A DNA stretch of 64,000 nucleotides from IMG/VR virus record IMGVR_UViG_3300042332_000965, positions 2,396 to 66,395 of that record; one strand, written 5' to 3'. Below the pieces are notes generated by a model. It was not told where the DNA came from. It saw only the letters and a list, made by a program, of their open reading frames with translations, and did not search any database. How positions within the stretch are numbered: position 1 is the first letter of the stretch; every line of letters starts with the position of its first letter. Source of the DNA: a virus. A program made the position numbers and the translations under genes. Of the stretch, positions 1-9,733 are shown piece after piece.

Positions 1-1
1 A

Positions 2-529
2 CTTTCCAAGCAATTTGCTGAGAATGGGCACATGAAAGTTCCCAATTTGGGAACTTTTAACGTGTCAATCACTACCCGGAGCGGCGAAGCACGCCCCTAT
101 TTCAAGTTCGCACCCATAGGAAGGCTCCGCAACTTCCTGAAAACCATGTGTACGGACAAGGAAAACGCTCCATTCTTGGAATACATCCTAGAACGGGACG
201 CCGTGAAGCTGGAGCGGTTCGAAACCCGCAGACTGGAGATGCTGGCCAAGATAAAAGGGTGGCGAATCGAGTCGCAGGACAGAGAACGAACCCGAATTGC
301 CCAGTTTCTAAGCGATAAACTGGGCCAGGATGTAGATAAATCTCTGATCGGGCCGGAGTACCTTACTCCACCCCGCGATCGTAATGCTCGGTTACCCGAT
401 CACCGTATAACTGCGCGTGAGTTGTTAGCCAAGAGCGGAGTGTTGCCCCTCCAGACAGAAGATCCCCATTCGACGCTCGAAGGAAATATCCTTCCTGCGT
501 CACCTCTAGATAGCAATTCTCCGTCTTGA
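2..529 (+). CDS. HU/IHF-like DNA-binding protein with C-terminal extension (5' truncated by window edge)
   Basis: Frame is open to the left edge (LSKQFAENGHMKVPNLGTF...YFKFAPIGRLRNFL), matching the HU/IHF V.i..lGtF...kF.p...Lk pattern. Confidence 0.5.
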   Translation, partial: LSKQFAENGHMKVPNLGTFNVSITTRSGEARPYFKFAPIGRLRNFLKTMCTDKENAPFLEYILERDAVKLERFETRRLEMLAKIKGWRIESQDRERTRIAQFLSDKLGQDVDKSLIGPEYLTPPRDRNARLPDHRITARELLAKSGVLPLQTEDPHSTLEGNILPASPLDSNSPS

Positions 530-833
530 GGCACTTGTCTACCATGTCGAAGACTGGAAAAAGCTCTACCCATTCATTGTCAACTGACACGGCAATATCG
601 ATCATCTTCAGGGCAAGGCTGGCACATGCCCCATACTTGCTAATGTCCAGGATGTTATGGGCCTCTTTTTCCATCGCAGCTATCTCCGCTCTAGTGTATC
701 GTCGTTTTGTCGGTCTAAGGCTGCGTTTCCGCAGCGATGACCGATCGAGAATGTATTTAGCTTGTCTAGCAAGCGTCTGTAAAAAGTCAGGGCTAGGTTG
801 CTCTGCTAACATGATTGTCCTCGCCAATGGCAT
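363..833 (-). CDS. hypothetical protein
   Basis: 156-aa protein-like ORF; overlaps the 3' end of the HU-like ORF convergently; preferred over the antisense 526..861 ORF. Confidence 0.4.
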   Translation of the reverse strand: MPLARTIMLAEQPSPDFLQTLARQAKYILDRSSLRKRSLRPTKRRYTRAEIAAMEKEAHNILDISKYGACASLALKMIDIAVSVDNEWVELFPVFDMVDKCLKTENCYLEVTQEGYFLRASNGDLLSGGATLRSWLTTHAQLYGDRVTEHYDRGVE

Positions 834-889
834 AAGTAAAACTAATATTGGCGGGATATAAGCCTCTATTCTAATCTAAAACGTAAAAA

Positions 890-2323
890 ATGCAAATCGA
901 CTATTACACCGAGTTAGCTAGGCTCTGCCAAGATAACTACCACTCATTCTTGCGGACCTTCTGGAAAATCCTCTGCCCAACGGACAAATTGGTAGACAAT
1001 TGGCATATAAAACTACTGTGCGACGAGTTGCAGGTAGCGGCTGAGCGGGTGTTCGCAGGCGAACCCAAGGAATACGATCTAGTAGTCAACATCAGTCCAG
1101 GTACATCCAAGTCCACAATCTTCTCGATTATGTACCAACCTTGGCTCTGGACTCGGGATCCGAGCATTAGGTTCCTAGGAGTAAGCTGTAATGATGACTT
1201 GGCATGGGATTTCTCGGGAAAAGCCAAGCGGATCGTAGAGAGCCCGCTCTACCAGAAGCTATTCCCCCACGTAAAGCTGCGAAAAGACGTAAATAGTAAG
1301 TCTTTGTGGGCAAATTCCTGTAACGGGGAACGTATGAGCTACGGCTTGGGCTCCAACGTGGTTGGTAAGCACGCCCACATTATCGGGATGGACGACTTGA
1401 TTAACGCCCAGCAAGCACGTTCTCCAGCCGACTTGTTAACTGCGGAGCAGTTCATTCGCGAAATTATCCCCACTCGGAAGACGGACAAGCTCAGAACTTT
1501 CAGCTTTTTGGTCATGCAACGGTTATCCGTTAATGACCCTACTGCTGTTATTCTGCGGGAATGGCCCAAAGTCAAGCTTATCTGTATGCCAGGAGAGGAA
1601 ACCGAGAATATCCAGCCTGAGGGAATCCGGAAGTACTATAAGGATGGCTTATTCGACCCGGTTCGGATGCCGAGGGAAGTATTGGATGACTTCCGCATCA
1701 AGATGCACGAATACGGCTATGCCGGTCAGATACTCCAAGTGCCGATTCCGGCATCTGGAGGTGTTATCAAGGTGGATAGGATCGTACAGCATGAGCTAGG
1801 AGTACCCGATCATATCAAGTTTGTCAAGAAAGTGCGTGCCTGGGATAAGGCAGCACTCGACAAAGCAGGTGACTATACTACGGGAGTTCTGCTGGGAATC
1901 ACGGAAGATAAGCAGATTTGGATACTATCAATCATTCGGGGCCAGTGGAGCACCGACGAACGGGAGCGAATTATCTTGGCTACAGCACATGCAGACGGGA
2001 AAAGCACTAAGGTTACCTTTGAACAGGAAGGCGGCTCAGGCGGTTTGGATTCTGTCCGAGAATCCGTGAAACGGCTTGGCGGCTTTGTTGTCCACGTAGA
2101 GAAGCACACCCAAAAGGGAGGTAAGCTAACCCGAGCGGACGCATTCGCGACCCAAGTTAACTTTGGTAACGTGCATACGGCCCTGCGAGGTAAGATTTGG
2201 GACGAGTTCGTCCGAGAAGCTATGTACTTCCCTGACGTTATGAACGACGACCAGATCGATGCTGTAGCCCTAGCTTACACTGTCCTGACCCGGCAAACTG
2301 TCAAGTTGGGCGTTATCAAGTAA
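890..2323 (+). CDS. terL: terminase large subunit
   Basis: Walker A-like NISPGTSKS, Walker B-like IIGMDD, VMQR coupling motif, C-terminal RNase H-like nuclease (AWDKA...GDYT, EQEGGSGG, NDDQIDA). Confidence 0.93.
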   Translation: MQIDYYTELARLCQDNYHSFLRTFWKILCPTDKLVDNWHIKLLCDELQVAAERVFAGEPKEYDLVVNISPGTSKSTIFSIMYQPWLWTRDPSIRFLGVSCNDDLAWDFSGKAKRIVESPLYQKLFPHVKLRKDVNSKSLWANSCNGERMSYGLGSNVVGKHAHIIGMDDLINAQQARSPADLLTAEQFIREIIPTRKTDKLRTFSFLVMQRLSVNDPTAVILREWPKVKLICMPGEETENIQPEGIRKYYKDGLFDPVRMPREVLDDFRIKMHEYGYAGQILQVPIPASGGVIKVDRIVQHELGVPDHIKFVKKVRAWDKAALDKAGDYTTGVLLGITEDKQIWILSIIRGQWSTDERERIILATAHADGKSTKVTFEQEGGSGGLDSVRESVKRLGGFVVHVEKHTQKGGKLTRADAFATQVNFGNVHTALRGKIWDEFVREAMYFPDVMNDDQIDAVALAYTVLTRQTVKLGVIK

Positions 2324-2533
2324 GAATTCGGTGCTGAATCCCGGATCGTAGTGAATCTCCCCTTCAAGATCGCCGCCATCCCAGGCTAAGTTCTTGGCTA
2401 CACCTACACGGATCCCATTAGCATCCCGAACTTCGATGCTCTCAGGAACTGGAAAAGGGGTATTAGGTGAGTATACGACCTGGATAGTCGTTCGGCAGGA
2501 GTTCGCTAAAGCGATCGGTATTTTCGGAAGCAT
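2270..2533 (-). CDS. hypothetical protein inserted antisense between terminase and portal
   Basis: 87-aa ORF filling the terL-portal gap with upstream GAGG and a TATAGT -10-like hexamer. Confidence 0.4.
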   Translation of the reverse strand: MLPKIPIALANSCRTTIQVVYSPNTPFPVPESIEVRDANGIRVGVAKNLAWDGGDLEGEIHYDPGFSTEFLLDNAQLDSLPGQDSVS

Positions 2534-2632
2534 AGTTTTACCTCTATACCACTATACACCTAAAATCAGGCAGCTACCCACATATCCTGCTAGAATTGCC
2601 CTAATCACTTCCGCTAATAGGGCAATAGGTTA

Positions 2633-4180
2633 ATGGAAAGCGACATTCAGCGAACCATCCAAGGGTTCGAAACTCAGCTAAAATTCGTCAATAACGTCTA
2701 CGATAGAGTTCTGTCCGGGCTTCCGGTCATGGACGGACCTAACGAAGATCGTAATATCGACGAACAATGCGGCTATCCAGATATAATCACGCTTGCTGCG
2801 TACCTATATCTCTACCGAAGAAATGAGATCGGTAATCGGGTTGTCAATATCGAGCCCGATGAATGCTGGAAGGATTTCCCTCTGATCTATGAAACGGAGG
2901 AAGAAAGAGAGACTCCCTTCGAGAAGGCGGTTGACCGCCTAGAGAAGAAAACAAATCTCTACTCGTACCTACACCGCCTGGACCGCATTAGCGGTATCGG
3001 CAGCTTTGGTGTTTTGTTCCTTGGTTTCGATGACGGCGAGGCGTTCGATGAACCGGCTCCCGGTTTCGACGAAGCAGGGCCGACTGACGAGAGAGGGGTA
3101 GCTAACCTACTGTACTACCGAGTATTCAGCGAGGCTAGTGCTACAGTCGCTGAATTCGAGACGGATCCTCAGAATCCACGCCACGGGCAACCTAAATACT
3201 ACAACCTGACCTTCCAGGAATACCCATCCGGACATACAGCTACGGCTTCCTCGACTAGATCCTCGGACCACCGAGTCCATTGGTCGCGAGTCGTCCATGT
3301 CGCAGATAATCGAATTGAGTCGGATTTCTTCGGTTTACCTCGTATGGAGGCGGTTTTCAACCGCTTGCTTGACTTACGTAAAGTGGTCGGCGGCTCCGGA
3401 GAGATGTACTGGAAAGGTGCTTTCCCTGGCCTTTCGTTCGAAGTCGATCCTAAGGCAGGCGAATTCTCCGAGGAAGAACGAGAAGCACTCCGCGAGGATG
3501 TTAGATCCTATGCCGAAGGGCTCCAGCGGTACATCACGATGGTTGGGGTGAAGGTCAATTCGATCGCTCCTCAGGTCGTAGATCCTACAGAGCACACGAA
3601 CAACATCCTGAAGCTGATCGCCATGAATAAAGGCGTTCCCATGCAGACGTTCATGGGATCCCAGCAAGGCCAGCTCGACAGCCCCCAAGACACCATTCTC
3701 TGGCGGGAGCGTATCACGCTCCGAAAAGAGCGACACGTCAGCCCGAACATTATTCGACCTACGATCGATCGTTTGATTCAGACTGGGTGCTTACCAGCAC
3801 CAGAGCCCCAAGCAGACCAACCCCTACCGTACATCGTCCGATGGGAGCCGATGGCTCCGCTTTCGATCATCGAACAAGCTAAGGTTGCCAAAGACATGGC
3901 CGAAGCCTTGTCGCGATACGCGACAGCCGGTGCCGAAGCTCTTATGCCTTTCCCTGAGTTCCTCGGTAAGGTCATGGGATTCAGCGCACAGCAAGTCCAA
4001 GCAATCATGGGTGCTGCTAAGACCGAGCTATCAGTCGTGCTACAGCAACTCAAGGCAGGTATGGAAGCCGGTGGAACCGGCACCACGGGCGGTAACGTAC
4101 CGACCTCTGTACCTAACATGCAGAAGAAAAAAGATCCGTCCAAGACCCCCGCCAACTCAGTTCAACCTAAGAGGAACTAA
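2633..4180 (+). CDS. portal protein (DUF1073-like)
   Basis: Position after terL, 515 aa, motifs YRRNEIGNRVV, RVHWSRVVH, GGSGEMYWKGA typical of DUF1073-type portals. Confidence 0.85.
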   Translation: MESDIQRTIQGFETQLKFVNNVYDRVLSGLPVMDGPNEDRNIDEQCGYPDIITLAAYLYLYRRNEIGNRVVNIEPDECWKDFPLIYETEEERETPFEKAVDRLEKKTNLYSYLHRLDRISGIGSFGVLFLGFDDGEAFDEPAPGFDEAGPTDERGVANLLYYRVFSEASATVAEFETDPQNPRHGQPKYYNLTFQEYPSGHTATASSTRSSDHRVHWSRVVHVADNRIESDFFGLPRMEAVFNRLLDLRKVVGGSGEMYWKGAFPGLSFEVDPKAGEFSEEEREALREDVRSYAEGLQRYITMVGVKVNSIAPQVVDPTEHTNNILKLIAMNKGVPMQTFMGSQQGQLDSPQDTILWRERITLRKERHVSPNIIRPTIDRLIQTGCLPAPEPQADQPLPYIVRWEPMAPLSIIEQAKVAKDMAEALSRYATAGAEALMPFPEFLGKVMGFSAQQVQAIMGAAKTELSVVLQQLKAGMEAGGTGTTGGNVPTSVPNMQKKKDPSKTPANSVQPKRN

Positions 4181-4497
4181 TGCACAACTTCAACCCATTA
4201 GCCGCTCGGCTGCTTTCAGCAGCTTTGCGGGCAGATGACCTGGAAGCTGCAAAGGAATTCGCACTAGACCTAACCGATAGCGAATTCCTGATTCAGCATC
4301 GCTTCGAGCCTGGGAAAACGTATACCACGAAGGAACTCGCAGATCTTATCGACTCGACGCTCCCCCAGATCGAAAGCGGCAAGGTAGATTTGGTTTGGGG
4401 TTTGTACATCCCCACCGTACTCGGTGCCGTATGTGATTGGCTTGCTAACGACGTATTAGGAGAGAATGATGGAAAAGCTGATAGCCAACCTAGCTAG
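4180..4497 (+). CDS. hypothetical protein
   Basis: TAATG-coupled to the portal stop codon. Confidence 0.6.
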   Translation: MHNFNPLAARLLSAALRADDLEAAKEFALDLTDSEFLIQHRFEPGKTYTTKELADLIDSTLPQIESGKVDLVWGLYIPTVLGAVCDWLANDVLGENDGKADSQPS

Positions 4498-5866
4498 TGC
4501 TAAGGTACGGACAGAAACACTCAAAGGTAAGAACTACCTCGTAGCCCCAGTCTCGATGATTAAAGAGGGCGTTTGGCGAGGGATCGGCGGAACTCCGATC
4601 TTGTATACCGAACGAGAGATTGAGAAGTCCGTAATCGCCTGGAATCACAAGCCTATCACCGTCGAGCATCCTACCAACAGCAGAGGCGAGCTTGTCTCAG
4701 GTGCTCTCACTGAGAGCCTGGAGAAGTTCTCGCTGGGTATCATCCTCAACGCAAAATATAACAGACGAACCAAGAAACTGCAAGCAGAAGCTTGGTTTGA
4801 GATCGATCGATTCGATCAAGTCGAAGGTGGCGATAGGATCCACTCAGCGTTGCTAGCCAATCAAAAGCTGGAAGTCAGTACCGGTCTTTTCGTGGATGCT
4901 TCTACGGTTACTGGAACCTTCGACAATAAGGAATATAGCATGACGGCTAGCAATTTCCGCCCTGACCACTTGGCGATCATACTGTCTGGCGAAGGTGCTT
5001 GCTCCGTTAAGGACGGAGCCGGACTGCTGGTCAACAAAGCCGAGATGACGACTGAGGAAGTGTCGGAAGATATTGACAAGTCCCGACCGGAACTGCTCCC
5101 CGTGTTCGTCGGTAACGCAATGGAACTCACGTCGCTTCTCGACAAGGTTCGCACTGCGATCTACCAAGCATACGAAGTTTACCGGGAAAATGAGCCTTCA
5201 ACCTACGCCTACATCGAAGCCATTTACCCCTCGTACTGCATCCTCTGCCTCCAGACTGGAGGAGAATCGACGCACTACAAGCAAAATTATGCAATTGAAA
5301 ATGATTCTGTTACATTATTAGAAGAACTGATACCAGTTACTCGCAAGGTAACGTACCAAGTGAACAATACGAAAGAGAACATGGAAAGAAAAGACCTAAT
5401 TGCAAAGCTAGGCCAAGAACACTCCGAGTTCGTTGCCAACATGAGTGACGAGCAGTTCAAGGCTTTTGAGAAGGCTCTACAGCCTTCCCAAGCTGCTCCC
5501 GCCGCACCAGCGGCTCCCGTAGCAGAGAAAATTGTATGTAACTCCGTTGAGGAATTACTATCTACTTACGCTTCTGATAGCGTGAAGAACATCGTACAGG
5601 ATGCTGTAGCTCTTGCGGTTAAGACCCGTGAAGACCTTATCGAGAAGATCGTTGCTAATAGCAAGGATGTCTGGACTAAGGAAGAACTCGCATCTTTCCA
5701 AACCGCACATTTGACCAAGCTTGCAGCTTCCGTTCAGGCTCCCGCTTCGGCGAAGTCGAACCCAGCCGTTTATGCAGGTGAGGCATTCGTAGGCAACCAA
5801 GGTAAGGTTGACACCTCCAAGGTAGCTCCTCCCCTTCCTATCCCTACTTTCTCTGTTGAGGCTTAA
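4466..5866 (+). CDS. prohead protease/scaffold (DUF2213-like)
   Basis: WNHKPITVEHP, EVSTG, RPDHLAI..GEGACS..DGAGL motifs; helical C-terminal scaffold; upstream of capsid. Confidence 0.85.
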   Translation: MMEKLIANLASAKVRTETLKGKNYLVAPVSMIKEGVWRGIGGTPILYTEREIEKSVIAWNHKPITVEHPTNSRGELVSGALTESLEKFSLGIILNAKYNRRTKKLQAEAWFEIDRFDQVEGGDRIHSALLANQKLEVSTGLFVDASTVTGTFDNKEYSMTASNFRPDHLAIILSGEGACSVKDGAGLLVNKAEMTTEEVSEDIDKSRPELLPVFVGNAMELTSLLDKVRTAIYQAYEVYRENEPSTYAYIEAIYPSYCILCLQTGGESTHYKQNYAIENDSVTLLEELIPVTRKVTYQVNNTKENMERKDLIAKLGQEHSEFVANMSDEQFKAFEKALQPSQAAPAAPAAPVAEKIVCNSVEELLSTYASDSVKNIVQDAVALAVKTREDLIEKIVANSKDVWTKEELASFQTAHLTKLAASVQAPASAKSNPAVYAGEAFVGNQGKVDTSKVAPPLPIPTFSVEA

Positions 5867-5871
5867 TTAGC

Positions 5872-6318
5872 ATGACAACTGCTCTAGCAAACACGATTAT
5901 CAAAGACGGTCACGTCGGTCCTCAGATCGAACGAGTTACCCACTCGGGAACTACGCTCAAGCCCGGTCACTTGGTTGACATCAACTCCAGTAACGCTTTC
6001 GTGCCTGTGGGAACACAAGGTGCGGACTTCCCAACCTGCTTACTTGTCGAAGACAGGTATCAAGGCGATGGTAGCGTTGGTGGTGTAGACCAAGTTTACG
6101 CAGTAGGTGCTCCGGCTGTTGCCGAGTTTCCTCCTGCCGGTGCTTTGCGATATGTTCGCGTACCTAACGGAACCGTTACCGCTCTCGGCTCTAAGTTGAT
6201 TTACAACAACGCTGGCCAACTGATTGTTACTACCGGCTCACCTTTGAAGGTAGTAGCCATCGCTGAAGAAGCTCTGACGGCTTCGGGCGAGCAACTTATC
6301 CTTGTTCGAATCGCTTAA
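5872..6318 (+). CDS. head decoration/cement protein
   Basis: 148-aa beta-rich protein between scaffold and capsid genes. Confidence 0.65.
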   Translation: MTTALANTIIKDGHVGPQIERVTHSGTTLKPGHLVDINSSNAFVPVGTQGADFPTCLLVEDRYQGDGSVGGVDQVYAVGAPAVAEFPPAGALRYVRVPNGTVTALGSKLIYNNAGQLIVTTGSPLKVVAIAEEALTASGEQLILVRIA

Positions 6319-6338
6319 TCCAGGAAAAACAGATCACT

Positions 6339-7463
6339 ATGACTCAAGACGTTGAAGTAGACTTCATGCAACACACCGGCAGCGGCTTCGAAACAAGCGG
6401 CTCGGTGGCAGCGATTATGGCTAACCCCAACGCTGACTATATGTCCAAGCGACCTTTCCTTTCGGACGATCTTCGAGATCCTCGAAGCTACACTCCGGTA
6501 TGGAATGGTAAGTACGATGCTAACGGTAACCGTGAATACACGGTCCAAGTTAGCAACGCTGGAGCAGTGCTCCGAAAGAACGAATGGGAATTTTTGGATC
6601 GCCGATTGGTCGAGATTGCTAAGCCTCGCTTGCAACTCATCAACTCGATGCGTGCTGCTGGTTTGGTTGTAAACTTCCCTGAAGCATACAGCCACTCGAT
6701 CTATCAGTACGAACGAGTAAGCGATATCGACGGAGCATCCGTCAGCATGTCGCCTAAGACCAAGGGAACGAATGATCGTTCGACGGTCGATTTGGTTAGC
6801 GTTCCATTGCCTATCATCCACAAGGAATTCTATCTCGAAGCTCGCGAAATCGCTATCGCCCGTAAAACGGGCCAACGGCTTCCAGTTCACTTGCTCGACC
6901 TTGCAGGTCGCCGAGTAGCTGAAACCGCTGAGCAGATGGCTCTCGGAACTTGGGGTACTTTCACCTACGGTGGAGCAACTCTCCACGGTTTGACGAACTT
7001 CCCCGGTCGAAACACCGGAGCGTTCTTGAACCCCACTGTTGCTGGATGGACTCCAGACATGCTGTACAACAGCATTCTGACCATGATTAAGGCAGCCCAA
7101 GACGACAACCAGTTCGGTCCTTACGATCTGTACTACAGCACCGGTATGATGGTTCCGATGAATCGGATCTTCAGCCAAAACTACGCTGGTGGTTCGGTTC
7201 TCGATAAGATCCGCACAATGAGCTTGATCTCCAATGTACAGCAACTCGATTACCTATCCGGTAACCAATTGCTCTTGGTACAGCGAGATCAGATGACCGC
7301 TTCCTTGCTCATGGGCATGGATATGCGAGTTGTTCAGTGGCAGACTGACGGTGGCGAATCCATCCACTTCCGAGTGATGATGATGATGACCCCGATCTTC
7401 AGAACTGACCAACTTGGTCAAAGTGGTATCGTCCACTTCACTGGTAACAACACCACTGTTTAA
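6339..7463 (+). CDS. major capsid protein (HK97 fold, linocin/encapsulin-like clade)
   Basis: 374 aa, VPLPIIHKEF, GLTNFPGRN, GPYDLY motifs, C-terminal GIVH; canonical position; followed by hairpin. Confidence 0.88.
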   Translation: MTQDVEVDFMQHTGSGFETSGSVAAIMANPNADYMSKRPFLSDDLRDPRSYTPVWNGKYDANGNREYTVQVSNAGAVLRKNEWEFLDRRLVEIAKPRLQLINSMRAAGLVVNFPEAYSHSIYQYERVSDIDGASVSMSPKTKGTNDRSTVDLVSVPLPIIHKEFYLEAREIAIARKTGQRLPVHLLDLAGRRVAETAEQMALGTWGTFTYGGATLHGLTNFPGRNTGAFLNPTVAGWTPDMLYNSILTMIKAAQDDNQFGPYDLYYSTGMMVPMNRIFSQNYAGGSVLDKIRTMSLISNVQQLDYLSGNQLLLVQRDQMTASLLMGMDMRVVQWQTDGGESIHFRVMMMMTPIFRTDQLGQSGIVHFTGNNTTV

Positions 7464-7504
7464 TAAAATCAGCGGCTAGCCGCTGAATATGATCCCCTCC
7501 CGCC

Positions 7505-7544
7505 ATACCGCTCATCCTGCTTCACCTCAGGGTGGGCGGTATTT
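7505..7544 (+). terminator. long hairpin after capsid gene (terminator/stability hairpin)
   Basis: ATACCGCTCATCCTG / CAGGGTGGGCGGTAT stem with G-U pairs, then TT. Confidence 0.5.
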
Positions 7545-7573
7545 CCTTAAATAAGGTGTATTTTGAGAAAATT

Positions 7574-7837
7574 ATGGCAAAAGCTAAAGAATCTGTTGAC
7601 GCTCCCGTGGTTCCCGAAAGCAGCGAATTGGTCGATCCAGCCGTCACCGTTGCCCCGACCGAAGAACCCAAAGTCGAAGTAGCAGTGGTTAAGGCGTCCA
7701 AGCCTAAATACCGAATCCTTCAAGGCAGTCATTCCGTTTCGGAGTTCATCCGAATCAAGAAAGGTGATGTCATCGAATCTGATGACGACCTCGTAAAATT
7801 ACATGGCAAAGAAAAGTTTGAATACGTGGTGGAATAA
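7574..7837 (+). CDS. hypothetical head-associated protein
   Basis: Start MAKAKES chosen; acidic/Pro-rich N-terminus, small C-terminal domain; follows capsid gene. Confidence 0.6.
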   Translation: MAKAKESVDAPVVPESSELVDPAVTVAPTEEPKVEVAVVKASKPKYRILQGSHSVSEFIRIKKGDVIESDDDLVKLHGKEKFEYVVE

Positions 7838-7839
7838 CT

Positions 7840-8121
7840 ATGTTCGGACGAAAAAAGCGTTTATCTCAGCCGCACAAGCGGCTGGCTGTCCAAGTCGCCA
7901 AGGACAAGTTCCCACTTGCTCAAGGCAACAAAGTCGAATTCGAACGACTGGTTAGGGAAGACCGACGCACTAAAGCTATCGACCCGGCGTTGATTGCTTT
8001 GTTCATTCAGGTAATCATGGCTGTCTATACCTACTTTATGAACCGACAGGTTCAAGGTAAGCCACTAACATCGCAAAGCGATGATGAAATTTACTTAGCA
8101 TCTATCCGTTTCGAGGACTAA
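7840..8121 (+). CDS. small membrane protein
   Basis: One hydrophobic helix (IDPALIALFIQVIMAVYTYF). Confidence 0.6.
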   Translation: MFGRKKRLSQPHKRLAVQVAKDKFPLAQGNKVEFERLVREDRRTKAIDPALIALFIQVIMAVYTYFMNRQVQGKPLTSQSDDEIYLASIRFED

Positions 8122-8122
8122 T

Positions 8123-8443
8123 ATGGACCTACAAACAATCGTAACAGTGATCGGAGCCATTGTAGCAGGCTCCGGTAGTATTTGGGCAGTATGGAGAGCT
8201 GTTAAGAGATTTCTCCCTACCGATGTAAATCGGGACGCTTGGATCGAGGAAGCATTTCGACGCATCCATAAACAAACAATGCCGGGACAGGAGAATGCTC
8301 CATCGGTTCCCGATCGTGCAACTGCGTTGCAATACGTCGAAGCAGTTCTTCGCTATATGGAATCGCAAGGTTCCAAGGAAGGCGTAGACGCCTTGATTAA
8401 GGTAATGGCTGAGATCGCAAAGCCGACTGTACCAAAGGAGTAG
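8123..8443 (+). CDS. membrane-anchored protein (possible holin-like)
   Basis: N-terminal hydrophobic helix followed by basic residues. Confidence 0.55.
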   Translation: MDLQTIVTVIGAIVAGSGSIWAVWRAVKRFLPTDVNRDAWIEEAFRRIHKQTMPGQENAPSVPDRATALQYVEAVLRYMESQGSKEGVDALIKVMAEIAKPTVPKE

Positions 8444-8447
8444 TCCT

Positions 8448-8831
8448 ATGGACAGCAAAGCTGGCCCTATAGTGGCCATGATCCTAGGGGGCCTTCTGCT
8501 TATGGCGGGGGCCTTTGTTCGCCCGAGCGAACAGCGGGCCGCAGAATCCTTACAAGGTACTCTGCTGATCTGCGTACATGAGAAGCAACGCCCAAGCGTC
8601 GATGAAGTCATAGCTATCAGAGAAGCCAAAGAATTCGTAACTAAGCACGGATTCAAAGGGCATCTAGTCATTGACCAAGACGACGAAAATGCTCAATCGC
8701 TGCTGAAAGCAGCCGAGAGCAAGAAAGTTACGCCTCCGTTCATAGCCGCAGGCGACGTAGTAGACGGAAAGATAACACAACTACGCAAAGTGGTTCCTTG
8801 GGCTAAGGGACTAGAGGATATTTTGAAATGA
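8448..8831 (+). CDS. exported/membrane-anchored protein
   Basis: N-terminal signal/TM segment (IVAMILGGLLLMAGAFV), AAGGAG RBS. Confidence 0.6.
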   Translation: MDSKAGPIVAMILGGLLLMAGAFVRPSEQRAAESLQGTLLICVHEKQRPSVDEVIAIREAKEFVTKHGFKGHLVIDQDDENAQSLLKAAESKKVTPPFIAAGDVVDGKITQLRKVVPWAKGLEDILK

Positions 8832-9733
8832 GTGAAACAGAAACCTTTCGACTACCAGATGGCGAGGAAGTAGGCACCGGCCTACTCATGCCTACGGCAG
8901 ACGAGATGGAAAACGCTTTGCGTTTCGATGTATACGGTGAAGATCGATTCCTCGATCCTAAGGACATCGAAAGATCTCTCACGGGTGACAAGTATAAGAC
9001 GTTCCGCAGGATCCGCTCCAGGTTAATCATCAACCAAGGAACCATCGGAAAGTGCTGCCCTAGTGCTGTCGTTGGTGGCTTCCACAATCGTCGAGATCTC
9101 GATGGTATGGCGGAAATATTCTTAGCCGATAGTCACCTGTACATGAACATCAATCGCGGACGCGATTCAGGTTCGCAGCTAGTCAACGCAATGGAATACA
9201 GCACCGTTAACGGTATTGCTCCAGTGCTGCTTCAAGTCAACGGCCAAGAGCAGAAGTTCCCGCTGACTCTATTCAACCGTAAGCAAGTCAGCCAAGCGTT
9301 GCTGAAAGCAGCCGACGATACAGCTAAGACGTTCCAATCCTTCGAACCCTACAGGGTTCCGGTCAATGACTACCAGACCTTCAAGATTGCAGTGGCGTCG
9401 GCCCTGGCTAGAGACCATCAAATCATAATTGCCGTCCACGCAGGACGATCGTTTACAACCTTGTCCAGAGGCTATGTACAGCAAGCCAAAGGACCAGGAA
9501 ACCACGCTGTGCTACTGCATAGTGCTAAGTGGGTAGGAGGTGAGGATCTAGTCCATCCTGACATACAAAACTCCTGGGGTCCATCAAAGAACGCTCTCCT
9601 GGGTCGCGTAGGCGGTATGGGATGGGGTGAAGATGGCTTCGGACTAATCACGATGAGCAGCTTGTGGCAATGTGCCAAAAACCATGTTTTCTGGGTACTC
9701 CCAGGCTCTAAAGTGAATCCAGGTGCGATATGA
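8828..9733 (+). CDS. papain-like (C1 family) cysteine peptidase
   Basis: NQGTIGKC (oxyanion Q, catalytic C), GNHAV (His), QNSWG (Asn), WGEDGFG. Confidence 0.85.
   Translation: MSETETFRLPDGEEVGTGLLMPTADEMENALRFDVYGEDRFLDPKDIERSLTGDKYKTFRRIRSRLIINQGTIGKCCPSAVVGGFHNRRDLDGMAEIFLADSHLYMNINRGRDSGSQLVNAMEYSTVNGIAPVLLQVNGQEQKFPLTLFNRKQVSQALLKAADDTAKTFQSFEPYRVPVNDYQTFKIAVASALARDHQIIIAVHAGRSFTTLSRGYVQQAKGPGNHAVLLHSAKWVGGEDLVHPDIQNSWGPSKNALLGRVGGMGWGEDGFGLITMSSLWQCAKNHVFWVLPGSKVNPGAI

Noticed and set aside
2633-4180. Anti-CBASS Acb1 label sometimes attached to DUF1073 proteins
   Set aside because: Size, position and motifs fit a portal; no paired HxT 2H-phosphoesterase motifs were recognised.
6315-7244. 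Long antisense ORF (309 aa) opposite the capsid gene, and similar shadows elsewhere
   Set aside because: Expected shadow of biased codon usage in a highly expressed gene; no motifs or RBS.
6339-7463. Encapsulin/linocin nanocompartment
   Set aside because: Context (portal, protease, decoration, neck, tail) shows it is the phage capsid.
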